From Camelus dromedarius (Eukaryota): DNA of 64,000 bases. The DNA is taken from assembly GCF_036321535.1 (NCBI RefSeq), contig NC_087438.1:12650001-12714000 (forward strand), given 5' to 3'. The translations under genes were made by a program, and so were the position numbers. Below the pieces are notes generated by a model. The model was not told the DNA's origin. It ran no database searches and saw only the letters and a list, made by a program, of their open reading frames with translations. Shown here one piece after another: positions 39,032 to 52,454 of the stretch; within the stretch, counting starts at the first letter, position 1; each line of letters starts with the position of its first letter.

Positions 39032-40279
39032 AACTAGAGAATTATTTTCAATTACAAATTATCCTCAGGAAGTTTTATATTCTTTTTTCCTTAAGCAAAC
39101 TTTAGGTATGTATTATTTTAATCAGATTAAGAGTCTTGAAAGGAGTCAAGGTAGAGATTTAGAAAAAGAGGGTTTTTTTTTGTTTTGTTTATTTATTTAT
39201 TTATTTTGTTTGTTTGTTTGTCTGTTTTGGTAAAGATGAGAGACTTTGGGCAGCTAGTGGGAAAGATGATGATACTGGAAACAGGAAGAACCATAGATAA
39301 GAGGCAAGACAAGGAGAAGATTTCAGAAAGGGAAGTAAGAGGAGTATTACTGAGTTTGCCCTGGAATTGAGTGCCATCAACCTTGCCTCTTCTTCCTGAG
39401 TTAATTATTAGAGCCGTTAGTGTTATAAATTTCAGTGTCCTTCAGTTTGACCCTGAGTACCTAAAGCAGGTAATTCAGTAGTCTCTTGTTTTGATGGGTT
39501 ACTCCCTATTTAAATTCTACTCTTTCTGGGAGTAGAGAAGAGTGAAAAAGAGAAGAAAAAAATTAAAAATAAAAAGGAATAAGAATCTTACAAGACATTT
39601 TTATCTTTATTTGTTTGGCTGTTAATGTCATTAATCTTTCATAAATACTTGAGTCTTTTCCTGATTTCTAGGCCCAGTGAATGCTAAAGTTATGCCAAGA
39701 ATTAACTCTCTGCTGACATAATAGATTCATGTTATATGAATCTTTAAGACAGGAAAATTTAACTATCACTTGACTATGGGAAAAATAGACAGAAAAAGAA
39801 TATATGTATAGGGAGTGATTACACTGTTCACTCCATTCAGTGAGTGTGTGCTTTGCCATGAGAATGAGATGGGAGACAGGAGCTGGAATCCCTCAACCTC
39901 AGTTCCTGGGTGTTATTCATGGAGTGAGCATTGCAGAGTGCTGAGATTCTGGTTTGTTTAAGTAACCAATGGATCGACCTACAAGTTGACCCTTACTTGA
40001 TCCTTCTTGGGTCAATCCTTCATCCACAATTTCAACATGGGAAACTAACAGGTTTCTATTTTTCTAATTCATTTAGTGTCAAAACCCAACCTAAATTGAT
40101 GTGAACATTTTTTAATAGTCTTTATCCTATAATTTAATATTTATACACTTAACCTCAGAAGTAATTAATGTGTTTGACTTTTGAATGTTTGAGATATTTC
40201 ATAAAATATTGCATATACTCATATTGCTTAACACCCCAATAAATTTGGCCTAATGGCCAGATTGAGGAGAAGAGAATTA

Positions 40280-40420
40280 CTTTATTTAGTCCTTATAACA
40301 ACCTCATAAGGTAAATACAACATTATACCAATGGAGAGACCTAATGAGGTTAAGTAACCTACTTGAGGTCATAGAGCTAGTAAGTAGAGAAGCAGGCCTG
40401 TTGAATTTTTAAAACTGTTT
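40280..40420 (-). mobile_element. MIR SINE
   Basis: atttagtccttataacaacc...gaggttaagtaacctacttgaggtcatagagctagtaagt. Confidence 0.75.
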
Positions 40421-40879
40421 TACATGTGTTTCCCCTCTTTTGTTTTAAAGTAAGTGTGGGAAAATGCCCCAGGAGTGTATGAAGTATATATTCTGTTCTA
40501 AGTCCTTTACCCCATGCTTCTCTAACTTATTTCTCAGATCTACTGATGAACAGTTTTGTGTATATCTTTCCAGACTTGTTTTCTGTCTCATAAATGTAGA
40601 CACATATAGTAAGTGTAAAATGTAAGTCTATACACTCAAGAGTATAAGAAATGCATCTGTATATTTCTCTTAAATGTCATTTCTTGTTTAAGCCCCCATT
40701 CCAAGATTAGAAGAAATAAAATCTCAGAGCATAGGATTATCTCAACCGATTCAAGATTTCCTCAGGGAAATCATCCCTGCCTTCCCACCTGGAGGTCAGG
40801 TCTGAAATCAAGAATGAGTTGGTGAAGGTTGCATCTACTCCTCCATTGTTGTCTTCTTTTCACACTTGCAGCTGCCAAG

Positions 40880-43130
40880 ATGTTTTATTTTTTCATTGCT
40901 TGCTGTAGGCGTTGCAAGATATATCTTTAATTTAGCAGGTGTTACTTTAAATTAATATTTATTACCTTATGTGAAATGTTAGGATCTTACAATTGTGTAA
41001 TTTCATTTACCACTCTTCCAGGTATTTTTTTCATACTATCACATATTTTACTTTTCTCTGTATTTTGTTTTTGTTTTTTGAGGAGGGTAATTCGGTTTTT
41101 ATTTAGTATTTAGTTTTTAATGCAGGTACTGGGGATTGAACCCAGGACCTTGTGCATGATAAGCACATGCTCTACCACTGAGCTGTACCCTCCCCTCACC
41201 TTTTTCTCTGTATTTTAAGGTTCACAGTACATCAACATTTTTTCTTACGTTAAATGGTCAATTGACTTTTAAATAAATTAAGAAAATCATTTTTTAATAT
41301 TGACTAGAATGTTTACTAGTTCTTGTATCTTTATTCCTTCATGTAGACCTGCTTTTCCATTTTGTTTTATTTCCTTCAGCCCTACAGAATTTCCTTTAGC
41401 ATTTCTTGTAGTGAGGTTTTGCCTATAATAAATTTTCTTAGCTTTGTTTGAAAATAACTTTGATTTGCCTTTATTTGTTGAAGGATATAGTTCCTGGTGG
41501 AAAAAAATAAATTGAGAGATATTTCATTTAGCATTTTAAAGATATCATTCCATTATCTTCTATCTTCCATCATTTCTGGTGAGAAGTCAGTTATAAGTCT
41601 TACGGCAGTTCCCCTGAACTGATGTGTTGTTTTTTCTCTGATTGGAATTAATACTTTTCTTTAATATCTTCCTTTTTCTTAATTATCATTGGTTTTCACT
41701 AGTTTGAAAATAAGGTGCCTATATATGTTTGTCCTGTTTGAGGTTCATATGGTGGGGTTGAGGGGTGTCTGCTGATGTCTTTTTATTGGTTTGGAAATGT
41801 TTTAGATATTTTCTCTTTAAGCATTTCTTCTGTCTCATTCTTATTTCTTTCTGGATCTTCAGTTACATATGCCAGATCATAAAATATTGCCCCACAATAT
41901 TATATACTTCATTATTTTATTTTATTTTTTTTAGTTTTTATCTTTGAGTTAATTAACTGGTTCTTTCTTCTATAGGTCTAGTCTGATGTTAAGCTGCTTT
42001 AATGAAATTTTTAGTTCTGATATTGTATTTTCAGTACGTAATTTCTATTTGGTTCTTTTTTTTTTCTCTTCTCCTTCTCCTTTTTCATTTTTTGGTTTAT
42101 ACTCTGCTGAGGTTTCATATCTGTTCTATTTTTCCATCATTTATTCCAAAATTCTTTAGTAGAATTCTGTTAATTATTTCAAAGTCTTTGTTAAGTTCAA
42201 CATCTAAGTCTTATGTGGGTTAGCTTCTTCTGATTAATTTTCTTTTCATTAGTTTGGTCATATTTTCGTACTTTTTGTATGCCTATTAATTTTTAATTGG
42301 ATAATGAATATTTTGGATAATAAACCTTCTAGATTGTTGTTTTTTTCTAAAGAGTGTTAAATTTTGTTCTGAAAGGCCATTAATTTACTAATTTAGCATA
42401 GTCCCTCGATCTTTTGGAGACTTGGTTTTAGGGTTTGTGCGTGGATGCTTGTTTTGGTTTTGCTGTTAATCCCATGCCATAGACTTTAGTAATAATGCAT
42501 GTTTCTTACTCCTAAGGTGTAGCCCTTGTAGAGTTTCAGTGAAAAGTGAAGGTATTTATCAAGCTCTGTTAGCCAGGCTAGATTTGAACCTCAAACTCTC
42601 TCCACTATTGGGTAGCTGCTGATATAGTTTTTTTTTTTTCAATATAGTTATTAATCCTTTCAGCTGCTGCTTTCAGCTGAGTCCCTTAGATTCTCACCAT
42701 AAACATGTACAGTTTAGGTGTAGCCCGAAGATTTGAAGAAAATTTGTATGCAACTTGTGAAATATTTCCTCTGTGTTTCTTTCCTCTATGAAATTTTTCT
42801 TCCAATTTACTGCTCTGCTAAGCAGCCCTACACTCCACGCTTTGTGTTCTCTTCCCAATAGGGTATTGTTTACTGGTTTGTTTCTGTTCTGTCTCTAGTC
42901 TTCAATAAGCCTAAGAATGTTCTCAAGGGAAAAGTCCACTAATTATGGAGCTCACCTAGTGTGGTTCCCTTCTCTTAAGGATTGTATCATCTTCAGTTTC
43001 TTCATGCCTTTGGGTTATACACTAATACCCTCAAACAGTTGCTTTTTTATATTTGTGTAGAGTTTATAATTGTTATTTACAGAAAGTTTGGTCTGATACA
43101 AGCTATTCCACCATGAATGGAAACAGAGCC
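40880..43130 (-). mobile_element. Ancient L1M 5' UTR/ORF1 region, degraded
   Basis: About 2.2 kb T-rich antisense L1-like tract (ttcctttagcatttcttgtagtg; atatcattccattatcttct; ggtgagaagtcag). Confidence 0.7.
41067..41195 (-). mobile_element. Camelid tRNA-Ala-derived SINE (vic-1 type) with 15-bp TSD
   Basis: TSD ttttctctgtatttt at 41052-41066 and 41202-41216; ggtactggggattgaacccagg...ctctaccactgagctgtaccctcccc. Confidence 0.92.
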
Positions 43131-43144
43131 TCCTCATAAACTAA

Positions 43145-43375
43145 CAGCTAATACGAATTCACTGCCTGTCCTTTGTTACGTGCTGTGTGGATTTTCATAT
43201 ATTAACACTGACGCACATAGCAATTGTACAAGTTAGGTATCATCAGCACCATCATTATTTCACAAAATAAGAAACCAAAGCACAGAGTGATAAAGAAACT
43301 TGCCCAGATTTATAAGGGACAGATGCAGGATCCAATGCCATATATGTTGAATATAAAACTTGTGTTACTTTTACT
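43145..43375 (-). mobile_element. MIR SINE
   Basis: atttcacaaaataagaaaccaaagcacagagtgataaagaaacttgccca. Confidence 0.65.
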
Positions 43376-43379
43376 ATTC

Positions 43380-43556
43380 CAGTGATTCTCAAATTTATCT
43401 GTAGACTGAAATTCCCTGGGGAGCTTTAAAACTGTCAATGCCTTAGTTCCAGCTCTAGAGATTTTTTATAACTAGTTTTTACTATGATTTGTCTATTGAG
43501 ATTTTTAAAAGTTCCCCAGATATTTCAAATATGAAGCTAAGATTAAGAACCACTGT
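43380..43556. mobile_element. MER5-family hAT DNA transposon
   Basis: TIRs cagtgattctcaa / ttaagaaccactg; internal cctggggagctttaaaa and ttttaaaagttcccca. Confidence 0.75.
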
Positions 43557-43557
43557 A

Positions 43558-44015
43558 CTTTTTAAAATATTGAAGTATAGTTGATGTACAATATTATATA
43601 AGTTATAACTGTACAAACAATATAGTGATTCAGAACTTTTAAAGGTTATACTCCATTCATAGTTCTTATAAAACATAGGCTATATTTGCTGTGTTGTACA
43701 ATACATCCCTTATGTGCAGCTTATTTTATACACAATAATTTGTACCTCTTAATCTCTACCCCTATATTGTTCCTTCCCCCTTCCATCTCCCCACTGGTAA
43801 CTACTTGTTTGTTCTCTACATCTGTGAGTCTGCTTCTTTTTTGTTATATTCACTAGTTGTATTTTAGATTCCATGTATAAGTGGTAACATACAGTATTTG
43901 TCTTTCTCTGTGTGACTTATTTCACTTAGTATAATACCCTCCAAATCCATCCATATTTCTACAATGGCAAATGTTCATTCTTTTTTTATGGCTGAATAGT
44001 ATTCCATTGTGTATA
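43558..44015 (-). mobile_element. Cetartiodactyl-type L1 3' end
   Basis: attgaagtatagttgatgtacaat...ccccactggtaac...tgttctctacatctgtgagtctg...ttttatggctgaatagtattccattgt. Confidence 0.92.
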
Positions 44016-44361
44016 TGATTTTTATAAGATATGATATATATGTATATCTTTTATATATATATATCTCATATCTTATAAAAATACCTTAGTGTAGCTTTTC
44101 CATTACATCCCTACATAAAATAAAAACATTCTTTGGAAATCCACAGGGTTCCAGTCAAATAATATTTTTATGCTGGTAATTTAGAAACACAATCTGATGG
44201 TTATGCTGATTACAGAAGAGATCAAAAAAGCATTTTTTAAAAGGTCATATTATCAGGGGAAAGGAAGTAGCATTGTTTGAATACCTACTATTTTCTAGAC
44301 ACTGTGTTAAATTCTTCCTTGAATTGTCAAATAAAATACTAATTACAAATTCATAGCAAAC

Positions 44362-44771
44362 TGTGATGAGTTGAATTGTGTCCCCCAAAATGTATGTTCA
44401 AGTCCCAGTGCCTTACCGCCTGTGAATAAGGGCATATTTGGAAACAGGGTCTTGACAGATGTAATCAAGTTAAAATGAGGCACACTAGATTAGGGTGGGC
44501 CCTAAATCCAGTGAAAAAGGAGGGGCAGATGGGATACAGACCCTGAGGATACACATAGGGAGAAAGTTCTGTAATGACAGAAGCAAAGATTGGAGTGATC
44601 CAGTTAAAAGCCAAGGAATGCCAAAGATTATCAACAACCACCAAAAGCTAGGAGACAGGCATGGAACAGAGAGTCTGCCTCAGTCTCCAGAGGGAACCAA
44701 CACAGCCAATATCTTGATTTTGGACTTTTGGTTTCCTGAACTGTGAGAGAATAAATTTCTGTTGTTTTAAG
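44362..44771 (+). mobile_element. MLT1C-like MaLR LTR
   Basis: tgtgatgagttgaattgtgtcccccaaaa...aagccaaggaatgccaaag...ggcatggaacaga...ctgtgagagaataaatttctgttgttttaag. Confidence 0.88.
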
Positions 44772-46809
44772 TAAAAAAAACCCCAAACCCAAAAACCACT
44801 GTGTTGTTCCATGCTTCCTGTGATACTGACTAAATCTTAAAAGCAGGCCAGTTCCTATTAATTTTATTTTTTCTTTCTAAATAATTATTGCATGAAAAGA
44901 TGTTTCATGTCTTTAATATTCTGATATCCTGATATTTAACAGTGAAAGAAAGTCTTCCTGACTATTTTAAATTAGTTTTTTTTTTTAATAAGCCAATCTT
45001 TAGTTTGGTTGCTGTTACCTACATGATCATACCATTTATGAATATAACTAATAGTTGTATTTAGCCTCTGATAAGAATTTTCTATTTGTTCACTTGTTTT
45101 GTGCTTAAGAATAGGTAAGTTTCCAAGAGCTACTGGAGTATTTTTATCTTTGTTAATCAATGTAAAGGAAATAAACAATAATTATAATATAAGCTAACAT
45201 TCGCATGTGAAGTCATTTGTTGATGTTTTTTGACCAATTGTATTTAGCGGTACTTGATGTAATAAGGAGCAACACATTGTGGAAGATGATGGGTTTGAAT
45301 GGAGACTCTGGGGACTTCAGTTTCAGATATTAGCCTTGTTTGTGTGACCTGAGAGAGTCTCTCTACTTTTCTGGTTCTCAATTTTCTACTCTATAAAATT
45401 TACAATTGAGGCCCTTTTGGCTCCAAAGATTTATAAATATAAAATTAATTTCCTGCTCAAAATACCTTTTGTTTTCTTGCTGTCATGGCTCTAGAATAGT
45501 TATTAGAATTAGACATATCTGTAAATGAAAAAAGTAAAAGCATACCATTTGAACATGTTTTTAACTGCATCTGTTTCAGTGAATAAGCCCTGTGTAGACT
45601 GATGGCTTGGAGGAAAAGTGGATACTGTTAAAAGTTCAGTTCATTGGAGAAAATTCCAGCTAGAGATGGTTTGATGTAGGCAGAGGATATGAAGAACAGT
45701 GATAAAATTTAGGAAGTATCTAGTCACATCCAACCCTTTATGTCAGGAGGGAACCCAACATGCCTTTGTTGAGAAATCTCATGACACCACGCCATGCTTT
45801 CACCTGGCAAGTAATGCTGGCATAGTAATTGTCCACGTTTGGGCCCCTCTTTCCAGAATGGCAGCACTGCGATTTGCCTTAGTCAGGGCTGCTATTCTTA
45901 CTGGGGGAGCTATGGTTGGGATAAAAAAGGTAATTAAGCCCACCAAAGGCTGGTTTTGTTGGCTGGCTATAAGCCTAGGATTTGTGAACAATAGATGAGA
46001 CAATAATGTGGTGTTTAGGAGCAGTTCTGCTTTGATCTGGGTTATCATTCATAGATTGAGCACAGAGCTATTTTCACTGGTAGTTAAACATTTGGCAACT
46101 GCTGATCAGTGACAACGAACTGGATGTCCTACTGCAGGAGCATGGTTCAGTAGGCAGAGCGTCAACTGAATTAGAGTGTAAAAAATTTGTACCTAAGTGT
46201 GTCTGTTTTGCTATTGATCGGCCTTGTGAACTTGTTTTCATCCTTCGGCATCTTGATGTCTGTGTGTCTGTGTTTCTGTATTGGTTTGCTTAGGGATGTG
46301 GAGTCAGGGGATAGGATATCTTTGATAAGATAAATTTGAAATATGATGAGTTAAAGTATTTAAAGGATTAACCTAAACAGGTGGTCAAAATAAAAAAAAA
46401 TCATCAGAAAACAAATAAAAATGATAAGGGATGTGAGAAAGCTGAATCACAGCATATAATTTATGTAAAGATATTCAAGAAAGAATATGTGAGATGAATA
46501 TTGACTATTGAGATGTTCGAGACTCCTATCTTAAGAACAGTAATGTAACAAAGGACAATGTAAAAATGTAGCAAAATACAGTGAATCCATAGATTTGCTA
46601 GTGTATTACATATTGCTTTACTTTTACAGTCTTTGGGTAGTTTTAGTTGTACAAGTTCAGTTGTCTGCTTTGTAAATCCATATTGCCTGGTAAAATCCAA
46701 GGCCATATTCTTTGACCATGTCTTCCATCATATCAGAAGTTCACATAGTCCACTTCCATTTTTCAAATTCTTATTTGGGATAAGTGCATGTTGGAATCTC
46801 TGTCTTCAC

Positions 46810-46829
46810 TGTGTGTGTGTGTGTGTGTG

Positions 46830-46892
<63 letters not shown>

Positions 46893-46929
46893 GACAGAGA
46901 GAGACAGAGAGAGAGACAGACAGAGAGAG
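46810..46929. repeat. (TG)n-(GA)n compound microsatellite
   Basis: Directly visible. Confidence 0.95.
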
Positions 46930-47765
46930 AACCTGATTATTTACTATTAGGCAACTATTTTTATGTACCTTCATTTTTAAGAACAAATATACAAGTTAAA
47001 TGTAATCTAGGTGATACTGGGAGTAACATGGCTAGACAGTAATAATTCCAGAATTCTTCAGACCAGGGGTATTTAAAGGTACTCCATAGAAGTAATCCTG
47101 TTCATATTTTTCCATAAAATAGAGGAATTTATTTTAAGCTTGAACTAAACTAATAAATTCTTTTCTTGCTTACTTGCCATAAGGATTCAAGTTTAAACCC
47201 TCTGTTCTTGAATGCAGGTTTACAGAACCTGGGAGGCTGGAAGAATAGATATGAAGAGGTTACAGCCCCAAAGGCAGATAGTCAGAACAATGCACTTTAC
47301 TGGGAAAAAAAAAAAGATACAGGCTTATGTGATGAGAACTCCCGTCCCCAATCTTCTCAGGAAAACAGAGCATACTGGATGAAACTTTTTTTTTTCCTTA
47401 ATAGGTAAAGATTCAACACTTTGAGTGAACCTTGGGAAAATGCATAATTAGTCATCAAATTTTCCACCAAAAAAAATTTATGACACAATGAAAGAACAAT
47501 CTAGATCTTGAGGCTAGATTTGCATGAGAAAGGAATCACATGAGATACATAAAAAGGAGAATAAGGAAGCGCTGAAAGAAATTATATCCAGAATGCAAGC
47601 TTCAATAATTACACAGGATTTACTGTACGTTGGGTCCAGTTCTAAGCAATAATTCTCACTGCTACACTATTTCACATATCAGGGAGTCTGCTCTTCCTGC
47701 TCCAGAGGAAATGTGATGGGGACAATGAGTGCGAGTCGTGCACAGTTACCCGGGGGGGGGGGGGG

Positions 47766-47945
47766 AGGTTTGAATCCTGACTCCCTTAGCTGCGACTATG
47801 GGCAAATTTCTTAAGTTCCTTGCACCTCAGTTTATTTAATTATAAAATGTGAACATTAAAGTACCTCCCTCATGTGTTTTTAAGAGTAGTATATTAGACA
47901 ATTCATGCAAAGAATTAGGAGAGTTCTCAGTCAGTGTTAGCTGTT
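47766..47945 (+). mobile_element. MIR SINE, preceded by a G homopolymer
   Basis: ggtttgaatcctgactc...gggcaaatttcttaag...cctcagttt...tataaaatg. Confidence 0.75.
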
Positions 47946-48211
47946 AGGATCTGCCATTTTTGACTAGGCTTTGTTGCCAAGGCTGGTTTAGATTCTTAAA
48001 AATAAACACATTGAAGGATAATTGAGCATTTCTACAGATATAGTGAGTATTGAAAAGTTGTTAAAAATAGGGTTTTCTGCATGTAAGTTGTATAATGAGT
48101 GCTAAAGATTGAGTTTTAGACATAAGTTTACGAGTGTTATGTTGTATAATGGAGAAGAATGAAATTTGCACACCAAGAAATGTTATCTCTTGTAAGTAAT
48201 CTTGAGTATGG

Positions 48212-48867
48212 TTTTAGGTAATTTCACCGTTAAGTATCTGTGCTGTAGAAATCTTTTCCATAAGCATTTTCACAGCATAACTAATTGGATATAAGGCAGT
48301 TTTGCTGTAAAAAAATAAAATAATAATAATAAAGAGGTACATTAAGAGGACATGTAAAACATGAAACACGAAGCATAGATGGCAATATTAAAATGGCTTT
48401 ATTACATTTTATTTTGTGGGTTTTTTAAAATACTGATCTTTGAAGTTGTTTATTCATCGTATTTTTTTTCTGCTGTTGATTTTTTCCCCATTTGCTATTG
48501 CACTTTTTCTAAAATTTTTTTTTAAAGAGCGCTATCAATTTCCAAATACTAGTATGCATATTTCTAACTGAGCTGTGTATTGCATTGTGAAGGCTTCTGC
48601 ATTGTGTTTTGTATCACATGTCTGTTGATACACATTCCAACTCTGTGCTTTCCAGGCCTTCTGCTTTTTTCAGATTTATTTAAAAATGGAAGTATTGTGT
48701 CAATGGAGAAATAAAACAAAACAGTCAACCATTTGAAACCAAACTGGCAAACTGTCAACCAGTTACCTTTTACAAAACAATTGTCTTACTGCCAATTAGT
48801 TACATGGCAAAAGTGCTTGCAGTAAAGATGTCTATGGCAAAGATGCTTACGGAAAAAATACCAGACA
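48212..48867. mobile_element. MER99-like ancient DNA transposon with about 95-bp terminal inverted repeats
   Basis: 48217-48312 (ggtaatttcaccgttaagtatct...taactaattgg...tgtaaaa) is a degenerate reverse complement of about 48768-48862. Confidence 0.7.
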
Positions 48868-51800
48868 AGGTTTAGTATCCAAAGTGATCAGAGTTTGTCA
48901 CTGAGTCAATGGAAAGACTTTTCCAATAAAGCAAAATGACATACAATGGACACCATCACAAGAGACATGGGGTGGGAGACTGAATTAAAGAGGCATGGTG
49001 AAACAGTTTGATCATTCTTTCAGGATTCTTTTAAAACAAATAGAAAAGACACCAAACAGATATTGAAGAACTCATTACACACATCAAGATATTTCTTACT
49101 ACTCTCTTAGGTATGTTGGTTCAAGTACAGTATTAATGAGGTCAAGATCATCTTAGATCCCTAGATAGTCTAGTTAATTTGCACAAAGAAAATTACATTT
49201 TATAATCATGAATTCCATGACTAACTTAGATCACTTATGAAATATGTGTCGCTGATCACTGAGGACCGTTGAGGAGAGGTACACAGATGTTTCAGAGGAA
49301 AAGCCGTCATTACTACTGAGAAAAAACTTTAAATACTTGCAAGTTTAGAATTTCAGGAATACATGTATTTTAGAGATTTTACAACTTAGTTATTTTCAAT
49401 AAATATTTTAAGTGCAAAATTCTTTATTGAAATTCTTTTTTTGGATGCCCAGTATAGAAAACAGAGCTGCGTTGACTGATAAGGGAGTAAATAGGTCTGT
49501 TAACAAACAGCCTGATGATTCTAATGGCTTCCTACTTCTCTGGCCCTCATCCTCTCCTCCTCCTTCAAAATTGCTCTCTGAAATAATTTAAAAGTTGTAA
49601 GAATTAGAGTTCTGTGAAGCACAGTTGTTAAAACACTGATCTAGCCAGATGCTGTCATTTTAGAAATTAGGAAATTGCAAATTTTCTTATCATCCGGCCA
49701 GACAAGACTAAAATTCATGTAGTGGAATCCTTTCTGAATAGTCTAATCCAAAGATTTACATCTGTTTATCTGTCACATGACAGGCTGAGTTAAGTATTCC
49801 AGATGGGTGAGTAGCTGTGCTCCACACTGCTATTCAGGGATCCATGTTTGCTCTCGTTGTGTATTTCCATCTCCTCCTTGGGCAGTGTCATAATCTTTAG
49901 CGGGGAAAGTTGGTTGCAAAGGATCCTGGTAGGCGCTAAGAAGAAGACAGTGTGGAGGAGGCGTGCCCATGAAATTGAAACAGAAGTTGGGAATAGAACT
50001 TAAATACATGGCTGGCCACACTTTTTTATTGCAAATGAGGCTGGGCAGCTGCATGCAGGGAAGTGAGGACAGATTTTGAAGGATAGGAGGGGGTCTCTGT
50101 CAGGGACCCTGTGGATTCCTACAAATTGTGAAACAGAAGCATAATCTTCAGTTCCAATAAAAAAAAAAGTATCTTGTATTTGGGAAATCTCCAGAATTCT
50201 TTCATATCTGTTCCTCACTGGCTCCTCATGAAAACCCAGTGAGGTTGAAAAAGTAAGACTATCCGTGTCCATCTCAAAAGAGAGCTGAAATCTTGAGGAA
50301 ATACAGCAAGAACAGCCTTTTAAGGGAAGATTGCATAACACACTAGTATTCCTGCCACCATGTTTGTCAAACCTCTAACAAAGGCAGCTCATTAGTAGAA
50401 ATGATGTTTTTGACCAGGTTGTAAAGCCTTTTTTCTTTCTTTTTACTCCTATTTCCTTAAACATATTTCATTCACTGTGTTGATTTGTGAAGATTTTCTG
50501 CTTCTTTCAATAGATTATGAACACCTTGAAGGAAGTATAAAGTATTATCTGTCTTAGGATCCCCACGGCCCTTAAGGAAATGCCTGAAAAATAGATATTC
50601 ATTGAATAAATCTCCTGTAAGTTTTAAATATTGATTACTTCCTACATGGTAATGATTGGATCAGAGCAGTTAAATAGGGATCGCAGTTAATTCAGGAGGA
50701 AGTTTCTCATTGCTTTGAAGTAGGCTAATGAGGCTTGATAACAAAACTTTCAACACAGTAAAAATAGATAAAATAGGCATTAACATAAAAGTAGCTTTAG
50801 ACATCAGTTTGTAAATAACACAAAATTCACACATGAAAATCAGGTACTATAACACTATTGGTCAATAAACTGACTTTATTATGTGAGCAAAACTATTTTC
50901 AGAAAGAGAAGTGGAACATTTAGGAGCTTCTATTTGATTTTCTGCTGTCAATATATTTTGCATGGTAAAATGTCAAATGCAAAAACATGACTTGGTAAAC
51001 TGAAAAAAAAAAAAAAAAAAAAGGAAAACCTCTCTACTCTTTATCTATTTATCCCATTGCCTCCTTCCAGGATTTTCTGGCAGTTTTAAAGGTAAAGAAA
51101 AGCTATATTGTAGGTAATTAGTTCCTAGATCTGCTTTGTAGAATCATTTTTGGGGGCAATGCTTAGAAGGCACAGCATTTTTAAAAAGTTCTCTCTAGCC
51201 AAAGAAGTTTGGAAAGTGACGCATCCTTTCATCCTTTTGGAGGTTCACAGTAAACAACAGCATATTAAGTGATATAGGATGCGCTGAGGTACACATGAGC
51301 TGCTTAACCCTCTTTAACCCCTGTTTCTTCTGCACTGGTTTGGATATGACACTCCACCTCCAAACTCCAGCTGCAAACTCTTATTATCATTTCACAGATC
51401 ATGGGTTCATATTTGTTTTTAGTTTTTAGAAACTCTGGTAGGAATAATCTCAGACTTCTGAAACAAGGTAACAGGCATATGTAGAATGTCACAAATATTT
51501 GATTTCCATTTAATTTTTCAAATATGCAAAACAAAGGCAATTATAGCAGTTTGTATACGATGTTGTCTAATAATTTCAAGTTTCATTTTCATAGAAAGCT
51601 TTTGCTGCTGTTTCAAGAAGCACACACACAAAAAATCCCCGAAATTAAATTTAGTCTTTTTTTTTTTTGAAATTTAATATTTCTCCTTACACACATGTGA
51701 GGTCACATAAAGGCATAAATATGGTCATATTATTTATGTTTTTGACTCTGTTCTTTTTCTCTCTGCTCCATCCCCTGCATTTCTTCTCTCTTTCACCCCC

Positions 51801-51914
51801 ATTAGCATTCCCATCTCTATCCCAAGTAACTCACATCATCAACTTATTATGTATTATTGTATGTATTTAATCTGGAATCATGCATCTGAAGACACACCCA
51901 TACATACACACACT

Positions 51915-52150
51915 GAAGGATAGACTTCTCGGGGTCAACTTCTTGGATTTGCACCTTGGTTCTGACACTTGCTGTGAGATCTTGAAGAATTCTGACCTCT
52001 CAGTGACTCGGTTTCCTTGCTTTAAAGTGAGATCAGCAGGAATGTTGTGAAGATTAGATGAATTGTTTCATGCTATGTGAATTATTTCATGCTGTGTGTT
52101 TAGAAAAGTACCTGGTATACAATAATGCCAGTTTCCAGTATAATTATTAT
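51915..52150 (+). mobile_element. MIR SINE
   Basis: cttgctgtgagatcttg...ctctcagtgactcggtttccttgctttaaagtg...gttgtgaagattagatga...tacctggtatac. Confidence 0.7.
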
Positions 52151-52454
52151 TATATGATTGCATTTGTTGATATCTTGTTTTTCAAAATGGTGATATATAT
52201 GTACAATTTTCTTCCTCTTACTTTCCTCACTCAAATATACTTTGTGTAAGTCATTTTAAACCAACTGATTTACCTTAAGTTAATGTCTTCATTTTATTCT
52301 ATGGTGTGCATATATCATCAATTATTTAGCCATATTCCTCATAATAGATTTTTCTTTTATTTCTAGTGTTTACCATTGTGAATAACGCTAAAATGAATAT
52401 CTGAATAAGTATGTTTTTCTGTCTTGTTTTTTCCCCTTTAAAAAATTAAAAATA

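Noticed and set aside
46633..46986. ORFs with ERER / SLSL repeats
   Set aside because: Translations of the (TG)n(GA)n microsatellite.
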